A stretch of 58,183 nucleotides of DNA from Chiloscyllium plagiosum (GCF_004010195.1 NC_057718.1:57691071-57749253), one strand, 5' to 3'; shown: positions 24,240-38,219, counted from the first letter of the stretch. The notes: generated by a model from the letters alone, not told the origin. A program made the numbers and translations.

Positions 24240-24495
24240 GAGGATGAGGCCAATAATGGCACAGCCAGCATTTATCGCCCATCCCTAATTGAGTTAAGAG
24301 TCAATTACATAGCTGTAAGTCTGGAGTCACACGAAGGTAAGGATGGCAATTTCCTTCCTTAAAGGACATTAGTGAACCAGATAGGCTTTCGCTCGCCCTC
24401 CAACAATTGACTCTTAATTCCAAATTTTAATTATTTCAAATTCCATTATTTGCCATGGCAGGATTTGAAACTGGATCCCCAGAATGTTACCTGGG
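24240..24495 (-). mobile_element. SINE-like repeat (Deu/SacSINE-like; same family as 41995-42330)
   Basis: Shared ctggagtcaca...aaggatggca..tttccttcc.taaaggacattagtgaacc; tRNA B-box-like reverse complement near the end; family name is from recall. Confidence 0.55.
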
Positions 24496-24499
24496 TCAT

Positions 24500-24815
24500 A
24501 GATTCCAGAGTGTGGAAGCAGCAATTCTATTTTCCAATGGCCAACGAGTCATGGTCAGAGAATCTGGGGGAGGCCATTTAGGGCTGAGATGAGGAGATAT
24601 TACTTTACTCAGGATGGTGAACCTGTGGAATTCTCTGCCACAGAAGGCTCTGGAGGCAAAAAGAACAGATAAATTTCTGGAAGCTAAAGGTGTCAAGAGG
24701 TATTGGAAGAAATTGGGAGTATCGAGCTGAGATAGAGCATCAGCCATGATCATATTGAATGGTAGAGTGGGCCTGATGGGCTGAATGGCCTTCTCTTGCT
24801 TTCTATGTTTCTATG
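24500..24815 (+). mobile_element. CR1 3' end
   Basis: gagatgaggaga...gtgaacctgtggaattctctgcc...; ctatgtttctatg tail. Confidence 0.8.
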
Positions 24816-24896
24816 AGTTAGCATTTTAATTATTGAATGTTTCAACTTAAAAATAACCAATACACAGCTTTAAACTTTAAACAAGAGTAAAAGTTA

Positions 24897-25815
24897 AACA
24901 AACAGAGAGAATGCTAAAAATTCAGCAAGTCTGACAGCATCTGTGGAAAGAAACCAGATTAATGTTTTGAGTCAATATGACCCTTCTTCAGAATTAAAAT
25001 GTGTTGGAAAGTATGTTCTTTTTTAAACTTTTGACAGAGACAGAGAAGAATCAAGGGGATGGAGGCACAAGAGGGTTGTTAATCATGGAGAAAGATGAAA
25101 AGGGATGTAAAAAGGATGCAAATTAAAATGTGAAAGGTATAGAATTGGTCCTTACTACTAAGTGCAAAGTAAACAAAGCACAAACATGGCATGGCTATGG
25201 GGGAGAGGGAATGTAAGGTAAATGGAGAACAGACTTAAGACAATTAGTTTCTGAAGTTATTGAATTCAATGTTGAGACCTTGAAACTGTAAATTGCCTAA
25301 ACAGAAAATGTGATGCTGTTCCTATAGGTTGTATTGAGCTTCATTGGAACATTGCACGAGCACAGGACAGAAATGTTAACATGAGAGCAAGGTGCTTTAT
25401 CGAAAATGCAAACCACTGGAAGGCTGGAGTCATTCCTATGGACAGAGTGTTGTTTTTCATGATTGTCATCCTGTCTGCATTTGGTCTCGCCTATATCGAG
25501 GAACTGCAAGGCAGGACCAATTCAGTCCTTTTCACATCTTAATTTATATTAAATATCTTTTGTTTATTTCTTCACTATTAACAATCCCTTTGTCTTTTGC
25601 ATTGCACCTCTACATTATCTGCCCTCTTGCTGCTCCTCTGTCAAAAGTATATGAAAGAGCCTATTTTTCAACACATTTCATTTCTGAAGAAGGCCCACAT
25701 TGACTCAAAATGTTCATTCTACTTCTGCCCAGAGATGCTGCAGACTTGCTGAGTTTCTCCAACATTCTCTGCATTTGTTTCAGATTTCCTGCATCTGCAG
25801 TGTTTTGCTTTTATT
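24897..25815. mobile_element. Older PLE with inverted terminal repeats around a GIY-YIG fragment
   Basis: Minus-strand DIGETK; inverted terminal modules at about 24900-25000 and 25680-25815; degenerate TSD caagagtaaaagtta / caagattaaaggtta. Confidence 0.72.
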
Positions 25816-25989
25816 CAAGATTAAAGGTTAGCTCATTACACAACCATTAATTCAAACATAATAAAGTTATGAGCTAAAATGCTAATACAAAGATTTAAAG
25901 TAAATAAAGTGAACAGTCCTGGAATATTTAAATTCTTTGGTAAATCTTTGTGGTTTATTCTTGATCTGGTGTTAGACTGAGGTATATAA

Positions 25990-26470
25990 AGTTAAAAATC
26001 ACACAGCACCAGGTTATAGTCCAACAGGATAATTTAGAAGCAGTAGCTTTTGGAGCGCTGCTCCTTCATCAGGTGGCTGTGGAATATAAGATCATAAGAC
26101 ACGGAATTTATAGCAAAAGTTTACACCGTGATATAACTGAAATTATATATTGAAAAAGACCTGGATTGTTTTGTTAAGTCTCTCATCTTTTAGAATGGGC
26201 ATGTTGGTTTTAGTTCTTTCGTATGTAAATTTCAGAACTTCCTTAAAGTTATATTCTCACGTGAACTTTAACAATAGGTGTCATGTCAGCTCAGATAATG
26301 CATTGAAGGTGTAAGGTTAAAGTCTATCTGTGTCCCATTGTTCATACTGATTCGATTTCTAAAAAAACGAATTTACAGAATCTTACATGGATTCATGCAG
26401 CTTTTGAGCAAAATAAAATGTAATTCTGTACAAATTCACCCCACAAACCTATATGTGTGTGTATGTGCAT
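25990..26470 (-). mobile_element. Terminal region of a different PLE family
   Basis: Minus-strand hammerhead-like cCUGAUGAaggagcagcgcuccaaaagcUA (26041-26076); tail ...ctataacctggtgctgtgtgatttttaactt. Confidence 0.65.
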
Positions 26471-28579
26471 GTCGTTTATCCTTAATCTCATTGTTTGCCT
26501 TTGATTGCTGTTGAATCCATAAGAGAATCATTTGGCTTTTGGAAGCCATTTTCTAAGACTCCTTGTGTCCATTTTAAGGACCAGTTAGCTTTCTTTACAA
26601 AATACGATGTTGTAACTAAACATTTGTGAAGCCACTTCCTAGCTCAAAATGTACTTCAGAATATTTTTATTTTGCATTATCAAATTCAAGGAACGTAATT
26701 TCAAGATCTTAAAAGTTAACATAATGTTTCCATTTTGAAGTGATCTTTCTCTCTTGAGATCATTGGAAACTGGTCATATAGTCCAAGATACAAGTTAAGT
26801 ACCTGTGGAACTCTCTGCATATTGACCTCATGGGAATTGTTCAGGATATTTGAAGTTCCATTCCTCAATTTCCCCTCCCCAAGTCCCTCCGTGAAAGTCG
26901 ATCATCCTATTGAACAATTCAGCAGCATTTACCTGAACAGTTTCCAGAAAATATTAGACAAAAAAAATCCTAGTAACTCTTGGGTGGCAACACAACTGAT
27001 ACACACACTGATATCCCCTAACCCACCCAGCTATCCCCTTGACAGTCTATCTCCCCATACCCTCACCACCCCCCAAGCCTCATTTAATTGAATTATACAA
27101 CCTCGAACAGATCAGACAAAACATCTTCCACCCACCTACCCCTTAATCTGACCAGACCTGCTCTCACTGCCTGACTATACCTCCAATATGACCTGGTTCT
27201 GCCCCTGACCAGATCTGATTACCCCCATCATCTGTTTATCCCTCAAAATAACCTGACTAGCCTCCATCATTTGCCAATTCCCTCCTCCTTTTCTGATTAC
27301 TGATTACCCTCCTGACCAAACCTATGTATCACTCCCCAGGATTGGCCCCAAACCTCCCTTACATCTCATCCATCTATTTGCTTTACCCATCTGCCACCCT
27401 GTCAACTGCGACCCTACCACCCTTCCATCCATCACACTACTCACTTGCCACCCTCACCACCAATCACCCTGCCATCAACCTCACTATTCACACACCACCT
27501 TATATACGACTTATTCATCCACTCGTCTATTCACTAACATTCATATTAGACATTTATCTTACAATGTTCTTGGGCTATGATGAAGCTCTTCATCAGATTG
27601 TATGCTCCACTTTCTGAAGAAGCCAGACTCGGAGGATCGAGCCTGAAATACACAGCAGCACCAAGGAGGACAAAAGTAGGCTCAGAGCAGCAGTGATCTG
27701 ATGGTAATTGCTGCTTGGTAATAGATCTGGGCTTGGAGTAAGTATTCAGAGTCTATACTTTACTAGATGTTGAAGAGATCTTGATATACTGATGTTCTGA
27801 AATACCAATTTCTATTGAGAAATGTCACCAGACATGTAAAAATCTGCTGTGCATTTCCAGCATTTGAAGTTTTTATTCAAATTTGTACAAAATGGCAACC
27901 AAAACATTCATTTTTTGGCAGCATAAACAAAATACTCATCAATTCTGAAATAATGCAGAATTTAACACTTTTACAATTTATTTTCAAAGGAACACTTACA
28001 GTGTTGCATGCATAGGCGAGCACTTGAAAGGCCAATTATGTTTATGCATTTTTAAGGAAACAGGAGAGAAAGTTATCAATATAGCTTCCGTTATTGGGAT
28101 CTCCCAAGTGTATGTTTATGCTTTGCCAATACCACTTTGTGTGTTGTGCATACGTACTTTCAGTTTTAAGCTCTGATATATGTAGTTCTAATTCTAAACT
28201 TTCTTGTCCCTTAATAACAATGAATTGATTTAAACATCTAAAATGAATCTACATCAGCTGTAAAGACAGTATCTTTTTAATTTTGTGTATATTTCATTGT
28301 GCACTGAGATAGGAGAAGGACTGTTTTAAAAAAAAAACAGGGATTGTGGAAGGGATTGCTGCATTTTATGAAAGCAACTTACAAAAACTAATTTTAAGTG
28401 TTGACATTGTTGTTTGTTCAAACAGTGTTGTGCGTTCATCCGATTTAGTTGCAGATGAACTGACATCAGCTACGTTATACAAAGAGCGATTTGGCTGGCA
28501 AAAGTAGCTGATTATGAGGAAAGTTACAGGTCATGGTATAAAAGTAGCAATATGGACATGAAAGTGGATACGTTTTAGG

Positions 28580-29645
28580 AAACAGAGAGGAATGGTTTTT
28601 TGTTTGGGCTGGAGGAAAGATTGGGACCATTGCTTTTTTCTGATATATATTAATGATCTGGATCTGGTGTGCAGGGGACAATTTTGAAGTTGTCTAAACT
28701 TGGAAGAATTGTAAGTTGTGATGAGGACGGTGTGGAAGTCCAAATCGATATAGGCAAATTGGTGGAATGGGTGGTAGGTGGCAGGTGAGGGTCAATGCAG
28801 AGAAGTGTCAGGTGATGCACTTTATTCAGAAGAACATTGAAAATAATAGAAAGATAGGGTACAATTATAAAGAGGGTGCAGGAGCATGGGGATCTGGGTG
28901 CATATGTGTACTGATCATTGGAAGTAGCAGAACAAGTGGAGAGAGCAGTTAACAAAGCATAGAATCCAGGACAGAACAACCTATTTGATTTGGCACCATA
29001 TTCACAAGTATCCAATCCCTCCATCACCAATGTTCTGTAGCAGCAGTGTGTACTATCTACAAAATGCAGAAATTCACCAAAGATCCTTAGACAATACCTT
29101 CCAAATCCACTAACACTTCCATCTGAAGGACAGTGTCAATAGATGCATGGGAACACTACCACCTGTAAGTTCTCCTTGAACTGGCCCAGCCAGCAACACT
29201 CATATCCCATGAATGAAAAGAAGCAAAGAGAAACTTTGTCTATGAAGCTAGATGGAGATGTTGGGCCTGTTCTAAATGGAAAGAGGGCTGAAAAAAGATT
29301 TGATGGAGATTTAATGAGTGGAAGGGATACAGTAGATAAGGAGAAGCTATTCCCACTTCCAAAAGAAAAAGGAACAAGAGGACATAAATTTAGAATGATG
29401 TACAAATAAAACAAGGATAATGTGAGAAAAAATGTTGAGGTAGTGAGTAGTTAAGATATGGGGTGTACTGTTTGGATATGTATTGGAGGCAGATTTGGTT
29501 GAGATACTCAAGAGGGCACTGGATGATCATTTGGATAGAAATGGTGGATAGGGGAAAAAGGCAAGAGATTGGCAATAAATGATGGAATCAATTCAGGCAT
29601 AATGGGCTAATGGCCTCCTTCTGTGCAATAACAGGTCTATGATTC
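28580..29645 (+). mobile_element. Old CR1 fragments with an intervening repeat
   Basis: YINDLDL, NAEKCQVMHF, KGTRGHKFR motifs. Confidence 0.7.
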
Positions 29646-30421
29646 TGTTGTCTGTGAAGTGCTGACCGTTATCAATGTGATTAGCTCCCAGGTACTTGAA
29701 CAATGTGTGGCTGTGAATGAGATTGTTAGAAGCCTTCAGACCTCAGGAAAGGAAATTGCTGTCTTTGATTCTGCTGTAAGAATACCTGAAGCCTGAAGAA
29801 ATTATTTTTTACCTTTAATCACCACTTGTTGTAAGCTGTTGCTTTGAACTAATAAATCAGGGATTTTATAGGTTATGAACAAATCACTGTGTACCTATGT
29901 AAATAGCTGAAGATGGGAAGAGATTGTCAAACAGCAAGTCCAGACAAGCCAAATAGTCATCCAGTAAAGCCTGTGGTCAGGGAGCATTAACCTGCCTTCC
30001 TGGTTTTTCCTTCCATCCATTACACCCATTTTTTTTGTCTGTCTGCATCTGTAAGTGTGTGGTCACAGGAATTTTAAATGGAGTTGAGTGTTTTAACTAG
30101 TAGAGTTATGTGTTGGCAGTTCATAGTTGTTTTTCTGTGGTTAGAACCTATTTATTTCTAAAAAAAAATCATTTTTTTAAAGACAGAAACGTAGTCCATG
30201 CTTTCTGTCAACCTACAAAGACAAGATTTGGAGATTTTTGTGTACTTTGATAAAAGTTTTAACTTTTGCGACAACCCTGAGAATAATGGGGCTCAGTTTT
30301 CAGCACAATGGCGTGACAGAATTCAGTTTAATTGTGTATAATTACAAACCTTTTATGTTTTACTACACCTTGCTGGCTATTTAATTTTTTTTCAGTGATT
30401 ACTACTGATTAGGGGTATAGT

Positions 30422-30535
30422 TCATCATAGAATCCCTACAGTGTGGAAGTAGGCCATGTGGCCCAACAAGTCCACACTGACCCTCTGAAGAGCATTCACA
30501 CAGATTCATTCCCTTATCCTATCACTCTACATTTT
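30422..30535 (-). mobile_element. HE1 SINE tail (other half at 32434-32677)
   Basis: catagaatccctacagtgtgga...gtccacactgaccctctgaagagc; continues after the CR1 insertion. Confidence 0.75.
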
Positions 30536-30536
30536 C

Positions 30537-32432
30537 AGAGTCTGTCCCTGTTGCACAGAAGGGAAGGGGAAAGGAGGAGAGTGTTAATCATTGGGGACTC
30601 AATAGTGAGGTGAAGAATAGGGAGAGATATCAGCTGAACACGTGGCTGCAGGGATGGTGCGGGAGGGAGGATGGATAATTTGGGCTCATTCTGGGGAAGG
30701 TGGGACTTCTACAAACAGGATGGTCTTCACATGAACCAGAGGGGTACTAATGTCCTGGGGGGGGGGGGGGGATATTTGCTAGTGCTATTCTGGTGGGTTT
30801 AAACCAGCTCAGCAGGGAGGTGGAAACCTGTGTTCTATTACAATACACAAGAGGATGAGAGTAGTGAGGACATGGACAGGATTTCACGGTCACAGGAGTG
30901 TGCTGGCAGACAGCAAGCTGGTTTGAAGTGTGTCTACTTCAATGTCAGGAGTATCTGGAATATGGTAGGTGAGCTTGCAGCATGGATAGGTACCTGGGAC
31001 TTCGATGTTGTGGCCATTACTGAGACATGGATAGAGCAAGGTCAGGAATGGATGTTGCAGGTACCAGAGTGTAGATCTTTCATTAAGATCAGGGAAGGTG
31101 GTAAAAGAGGGGAAGGTGTGGCTTTGTTAGTCAAGGACAGTATTACGGTGGCTAAAAGAACATTTGACAAAGACTCGTCTACTGAGATGGTATGGGCTGA
31201 GATTAGAAACAGGAGAGGAGATGTCAGACTGATGGGAGTTTTTTATAGGCTTCTATGAAGTTCCAGGGATGTGGAGAAAAGGATTGGCAAATCGATTCTT
31301 GGCAGGAGTGAAAGGAACAAGGTAGTCATTATGGGGAACTTTAACTTCCCAAACATTGCCTGGAAATGCTATAACTCTAGTACGCTGGATGGATCAGTTT
31401 TTGTCCAATGTGTGCAGGAGGGTTTCCTGACACAGTATATCAAATGGCCGACGGTAGAGGGGAGACCACCCTGGACCTGGTGCTTGGTAATGAACCAGGC
31501 CAGGTGTTTGATTTAGTTGTAGGTGAGCACTTTGGAGAGAGTGACCATAATTCAGTTACGTTTACTTTAGCGATAGAAAGGGATAGGTGCATGCCACAGG
31601 GAAAGAGTTATAGATGGGGGTAACTGCAGAATTGAGCTGAAAGGTGGCAAATGGAGTTCAATGCAGATAAATGTGAGGAGATTCACTTTGGGACGAATAA
31701 CAGGAAGGCACATTACTGAGTCAATGGAAAGATTCCTGGTAATGTGGATGTGCGGAGGGATCTTGGTGTCCATGTACATCGATCCCTGAAAGTTGCCACC
31801 CAGGTTGATATTGCTGTTAAGAAGGCATTCAGTGTGTTGGGTTTTATTGGGAGAGGGATTGAGTTCCGGAGCCGTGATGTCATGCTGCAACTGTACAAAA
31901 CACTTGTGCGGCCTCACTTGGAATATTGTGTACAATTTTGGTTGTCCCTTTACAGGAAAGATGTGGAAGCATTGAAAAAGGTGCAGAGGGGATTTACCAG
32001 GATGTTCCCTGGTCTGGAGGGAAGGTCTTATGAGGAAAGGCTGAGGGGCTAGGGTCTGTTCTCATTGGAGAGAAGAAGGCTAACAGGCGATTTAATAGAG
32101 ACATAGAAAATGATTAGATAGGGTGGAGAGTGAGAGTCTTTTTCCTAAGATGATGACGTCGGCTTGTACTAGAGGGCATAGCTTCAAATTGAGGTGTGAT
32201 AGATTTAAGACAGATGTTAGATGTAGGTTCTTCACTCAGAGAGTGGTAAGGGTGTGGAATTCCCTGCCTGCCAATGTAGTTAACTCAGCCACATTAGGGG
32301 CATTTAAACAGTCCTTGGATAAGCATATGGACGATAATGGAATAGTATAGGGTGATGGGCTTAGATTAGTTCACAGGTCAGCACAATATTGGGGGCTGAA
32401 GATCCTGTTCTGCATTGTATTGTTCTATGTTC
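30537..32432 (+). mobile_element. Internally deleted CR1 (ORF1 esterase remnant, APE endonuclease, RT C-terminus, 3' UTR)
   Basis: IIGDSIV and QDGLHMNQRG; CVYFNVRSI, DVVAITETW, MGNFNFP, GESDHNSV; jump at about 31620 to the region encoding LYKTLVRPHLEYC. Confidence 0.9.
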
Positions 32433-32433
32433 T

Positions 32434-32677
32434 ATTTCCCCTGACTAATGCACCTAACCTACACACCCCTGAACACTATGGGCAATTTAGCATGGCCAAT
32501 CCACCTAACCTGCACATCTTTGGACTGTGGGAGGAAACGGGAGCACCTGGAGGGAACCCACACAGACACGGGAGATTGTGCAAACTCCACACTGACAGTC
32601 TCCTGAAGCTAGAATCAAACCCAGGTCCCTGGCACTGTGAGGCAGCAGTGCTAACCACTGAGCCACCATGCCCCCAT
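32434..32677 (-). mobile_element. HE1 SINE head and V-domain
   Basis: Reverse complement of gggcatggtggctcagtggttagcactgctgcctcac. Confidence 0.88.
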
Positions 32678-33659
32678 TGACAGGGCAAACAAATCTCAAG
32701 AATAATTTGGTATCCTTCTCCTGGGTGCAGTATGGTAAAACGTAGCTCACCCCATGATGTAACCCTGGCCTAGGGTTTTATCCTGAATGTTAGTGACAAT
32801 ATCATTTCCATGGCTGAGCCAACTGTCTGAGTTTGAGGAGAACTAGTGCCATTTTTATGCTGTTCTGATAGTGTAAAGGAGGCCCAGGAAAGCCCTAAAG
32901 AAAGAGCCCTCTTAGGTTCCCCTGCTGGGGAGGGAGATGGTAACTGATTTACAGAGAGATAATCAATTACCTTTTCCGTTTTAGGACATGTCCCCTTGAT
33001 ACACTCAGCAAAGCTAATGATCCACTCAGCCTTCGCAACAGGATCGAACAGAATGAAACCACTTACCAGCTCTCTTCTAAAGATCCACCAGGATTCCCAT
33101 GACCTGATCTTGTTTTCAGGACATAAATGCTTGATTACTTGTTCTCAACCTAAAGATAAACCTGGAGCATGTTTAAAGGAATTTCCAGAAGATGCTTTAT
33201 TTAGTAACAGACTAAATTTACACATACTGTAATTTAATATTTGCTGAATGGATTAAAATCCTTGAGTTTATTAAGGCAGCTGAGCTGAGCTTACAGTACT
33301 GTTGTCTCTGATTCACAAGACTTTAATTATATATAAAACTCCAGGAGATGAACACATCATCTCAGTGTACTGCTGTGGGAATACTCTGTAATCAGGGACA
33401 GTGGCCTAATCTGCTGAACTGTCAGAGAGAGAAGCAGATCAGGACACTATGGAGGTCTTGGTAGAGGTGTGGTCATTTCCAGGAAAGTTTAAAGTTCTGG
33501 TGGACTGATTCCCTGCTGCCTGAGACCTGCCAGATCTGTGAACGTCTCCCGCCCTGAGCTCAGACTTGGAGACTCATATACAATATATACAAGACTCATG
33601 CTAGGAATTGGCTCATACCTTGTCTAACTCGGTGATTGGCCAGGGTAACTCCACTGAGC

Positions 33660-36390
33660 ACTGTAAGTTCCCAATGTAGGGAAGACCACATCGAAAGCAA
33701 CGGACACCTTAGATGAGGTATTTAGATGTGCAGCAAAATCTCTGCTGGATGTGAAAAGATGCCTTTGGGCCTTGAAAAGAAGTGAGGGAGGAGCTGTGGG
33801 TGCAGGATTTACACCTCTAGTGGTGGCAAGGGAAGACACTGGGAGTGGAGGGTGAGTTGGTGGAGGGGTTTGGAACTAATGAGGGAGTCGCGAAGGGGAT
33901 GGTCTCTGTGAAATGCTGATAGGGTTGGGGTGGGAAATATATCTCTGGTGGTGGGATCTGACTGTCAGTGGCAGAAATGGCGGATGATGATGTGTTCTAT
34001 CTGGAGATTGGTGGAGTGGAAGATGAGGACCTGGGGTATTCTATCCTTGTTGCGGTTGAAGGGGTGGGGTTCAAGGGTAGTGTTGCAGGAAGTGGAGGAG
34101 ATGTGCTGGAGGGCATTGTTGACTACAAGGGAGGGGAAATTGCCATCCATGAAGTCGGAGGACATCTCAGACGTTCTGGAGTGGATTTGCTCCTCCTAGA
34201 AGCAGATATGGCAGGAGATGGAGGAACAGGGCGTAAGGGATAGCGTTTTTATGGGAGAGGGGTGGGAGGAGGTGTATTCCAGGTAGCTGTGGGAGTTGGT
34301 GGGTATGAAATAGATGTCAATGTTGACTGGGTTTTTGGAAATGGAGATGGAGAGTTCCAGAAAGGGGAGGGAGGTGTCCAAGATGGTCCAGGTGACCTTG
34401 TGGTCAGGGTGGTAGGTGCTTGTGAAGTTGATGAACCATTCAACCTCCTCATTGGAGCATGAGGTGGTGCCGATACAGTCATCAATGTAGCGGAGAAAAA
34501 GATGGGGAATGGTGCTAGTGTAACTGCAGAAGATGGACTGTTCCAAGTATCTACAAAGAGACAGGCATAGCTGGGGCTAATGTGGGTTCCCATGTCAACC
34601 CCTTTGCTCTGAAGGAAGTGGGAGGTTTGGAAGGAGAAATTGTTGAGGGTGAGGACCAGTTCAGCTAATCAAATGAGTGTGTGGGTGGAGGGGTACTGGT
34701 TGGGTTGGCAGGAGAGGAAGAAACGGAGGACTTGGAGACCTTTACCATGGTGGATGGACGTGTAAAGGGACTGGATGTCCATGGAGAAGATGAGACATTA
34801 GGGGCTGGGGAAACGTACATCATTTTTAGATTAGATTAGATTAGATTACTTACAGTGTGGAAACAGGCCCTTCGGCCCAACAAGTCCACACCGCCCCGCC
34901 GAAGCGCAACCCACCCAAACACCTCCATTTACCCCTTACCTAACACTACGGGCAATTTAGCGTGGCCAACTCACCTGACCTGCACATCTTTGGACTGTGG
35001 GAGGAAACCGGAGCACCCGGAGGAAACCCACGCAGACACGGAGAGAACGTGCAAACTCCACACAGTCAGTCGCCTGAGGGGGGAATTGAACCCGGGTCTC
35101 TGGCGCTGTGAGGCAGCAGTGCTAACCACTGTGCCACCGTGCCGCCCACTAATCATGGAGGAGGTGGAGGGCATAGATGGTGTCCCGAATGTATGTGGGC
35201 AGTACCTGGACCAAGGGGGACACGACAGTGTCAAGATATGCAGAGATAAGTTCAATGGGAGGAGCAGGCAGAGACGATGGGTTATTCGGGGCAGTCAGGT
35301 TTGTGAATTTTGGGTAAGAGGTAGAACCGGGAGGTATGGGGTTCTGGGACTATGAGGTTGGGGGATGTTGATGGGAGATACCCTCAGATGATGAAGCTGT
35401 TAATGGTCTGGGAGATGATGGTTTGGTGATGGGAGGTGACGTTGTGGTTGATGGGGCAGTAGGAGGAGTGTCCGTGAGTTGGCGCCTGGCTTCAGTAGTA
35501 TACAATTCGGTACAGCAAACTACCACAGCGGCCCCATTGTCTGCTGGTTTGATAGTGACATTGGGGTTGGATTGGAGGGAGTAGAGAGCCATGCATTGCA
35601 AGGGTGAGAGGTTGGAGTGGGTGAGAGGGGTGGACAGGTTGAGGCTGTCAATGACACAGAGGCAGTTGGAGATGAAGAGGTCGAGGTCGGTTAACAGACC
35701 AGCACGTGGTGTCCAAGTGGATAGAGTATGTTGGAGGTGGTAGAAGGGGTCCTTGGAAGGTAGGTGGGAGTCCTGGTGGAAAAAGTAAGCTTGGAGGCGG
35801 AGGCGGCAGAAGAAAAATTCGAAGTAGCAATGTGTGTGGAATTTGTTGATCTGGTACCATAGTGGGATGAAGGTGAGACCTTTACTGAGGACAAATTGTT
35901 CATCCTCAGTGAGAGGGACACCCTGTGCTGCTCTGTTACCCGCCCTCAACCTCTTCATCTCCAACTGCGTCCATGACATTGACCGCCTCAACCTGTCCAC
36001 CCCTCTCACCCACTCCCACCTCTCACCCTTGCAATGAATGGCTCTCTACTCCCTCCAATCCAACCGCAACGTCACCATCAAACCAGTAGACAATGGGGCC
36101 GCTGTGGTAGTTTGGCACACCAAACTGTATACCAATGAAGTCAGGCGCCAATTCGCGGACACCTCCTCCTACCGTCCCATCAATCACGACCTCACCTCCT
36201 ATCACCAAACCATCAACTTCCAGACAGAGGGTATCTCCCATCAACAGCCTCCAACCTCATAGTCCCAGAACCCCATACCTCCCAGTTCTACTTCTTACCC
36301 AAAATTCACAAACCTGACTGCCCCGATCGACTCATCCCTACCTGCTCCTGCCCCATTGACCTTATCTCCTTATACCTTGACACCTTGGTA
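33660..36390 (-). mobile_element. Long Neptune PLE with a fold-back inverted duplication (plus-strand arm about 35918-36390)
   Basis: LSKGLTFIP, IKPADNGAAVVV, RYIDDCIG, SYLEYTSSHP motifs; N-terminal RT segment repeated on the plus strand. Confidence 0.88.
34826..35147 (-). mobile_element. Young HE1 V-SINE inserted in the Neptune RT
   Basis: Complete head-V-tail with (agatt)n, CpGs retained; near-identical to 42970-43287. Confidence 0.93.
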
Positions 36391-36579
36391 GAAACATAGA
36401 AAGGGTCAGGGCGAGGACCTGGTGTAGAGCTGGAGTTGGGAATAGGGGCAGAGACAGGCTCTGGAGTGTGTGTGGTCATGGTATCGTGGGTGACATCACC
36501 AAAAGAAGTAATGCACACCGTGGTGGTCAGGGGGCAGAAGTGGTGCATTCAATGGCATCTGCAGAGGTAGAAGTGATGT

Positions 36580-36750
36580 TCAGCCCACCCCCTCACCTAT
36601 TTATCTCTCAGCTCCCATTCTGACCCCCACCCCTCCCCACATTCTGATGAAGGGCTTATGCCTGAAGTGTCGACTCTCCTGCTCCTAGGATGCTGCCTAA
36701 TGTGCTATGCTTTTCCAGCGCCATATTTTTCATCTCTGACTATTCACTGC
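36580..36750 (+). mobile_element. PLE terminal repeat
   Basis: attctgatgaagggcttatgcctgaagtgtcgac...ggatgctgcc. Confidence 0.75.
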
Positions 36751-36769
36751 ATCTGTGCTCCTCATCATC

Positions 36770-38210
36770 TTGTCCATGTCTATCAAGTCACCTCTCACCT
36801 TTCTTTGCTCCAATGAGAAAAGACCTAGCTCCCTCAACTATTCTTCATAAGACATGCATCCTGGTAAATCTCTTGTGCACCCTCTCGAAAGCTTCTACAT
36901 CCTTCCTGTAATTAGGCAACTAGAACTGAACACAATATTCCAAGTGTTGTCGAACCACGGCTGAGTAGATGTGCAGCATAACCTCTTAAACTCAATCCCC
37001 CTGTTAATGAAAGCCAACACCTTCTTAGCAACCCTATCAACTTGGGTGACAACTTTGAGGGATCTATGGACATGAACATTAAGTGTTGTTGATGTACCTG
37101 TTTCAATCACTTCCACTGACAACTCATTCCATATGCGTACCACCCTCTGTGTAAAAAAGGTTTCCCCTCAGATTCCCTTTTATTCTTTCCCCACTAACCT
37201 GAAACTGATGCCCTCCAGTCCTTGATTCTCTAATTCTGGGAGAATACTGAGTGCATTCACCCTATCTATGCCTCTCATGATCTTATACACTTCTATAAGA
37301 TTTCCCCCCTCAGTCTCCTACACTCTGAAGAAAAAAAAAATCCAAGCTTGATAACACAGACTGTTGTGTCCTGGCAAAATCCTTGTAATTTTTTCTGCAA
37401 TCTTTCCCATAGCAAAGTGACCAAAACTGAACACAATACTCCAAGTACAGCCTCACCAACATACTCTGCAACTGCAACATAATTTCCCCACTGCCCTGAC
37501 TGATGAAGGTCAGTGTGCCAAAAGATTTCTTCACTGCCCTGTCTACCTGTGACTCCACTTTCTGGGAACCATGCACCTGAACTCTAAGGTCTCTCTGTTC
37601 CACTACACTCTTTAAGGCACTACCATTCACCATGAAACCCCTACCTTGATTTGACCTTCCAAAATGCAAAATCTCACATTTATCTATGTTAAACTCCATT
37701 TTGCTATTTCTCAGTCCATTTCCCCAGCTGATCAGTGTCCCGCTGCAATTTCTGATAACCTTCCTCACTGTCCACAATACCTGTTATTTTAGTGTCATCT
37801 GCAAACTTACCAATCGTGTCTTGTACATTCTCATCCAAATCACTGATAATAATAACAAACAGCAATGAGCCTAGCACCGACCCCTGAGGCACCCCACTAG
37901 TCACAGGCCTCCAGTTCAACAAGCATCCTTCCACTATTACCCTCTGCTTCCTACCATCAAGCCAATTGTGTATCCAATTTGCCAGCTTGCCCTGAATTCC
38001 ATGTGACCTAACCTTCCAGAGCAACCTACCATGTGGAACCTTATCAAAGACTTTACTGAAATCCATATAGACTACGACTACCACCCTGCTCTCTTCAACC
38101 TTCCTGGTCACTTCATCAAAGAACTCTATCAAATTTGTGAGTCATGGTCTCCCATGGACAAAGCCAGGCTGACTATTCTTAATCAAATTCTGCCTTTCCA
38201 AATGCATGTG
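36770..38210 (-). mobile_element. CR1 ORF2 (RT to 3' end), two or more fragments
   Basis: [38 protein letters not shown]. Confidence 0.9.
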
Positions 38211-38219
38211 TATCTTATA

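Noticed and set aside
26780..27800. C-rich low-complexity stretch with ctgacc-like repeats (a similar G-rich stretch lies at 45300-45680)
   Set aside because: Probably old non-autonomous transposon interiors; no clear termini or periodicity
29650..30320. Possible additional solo LTR ending ggcgtgaca
   Set aside because: Could not identify a matching 5' end or TSD
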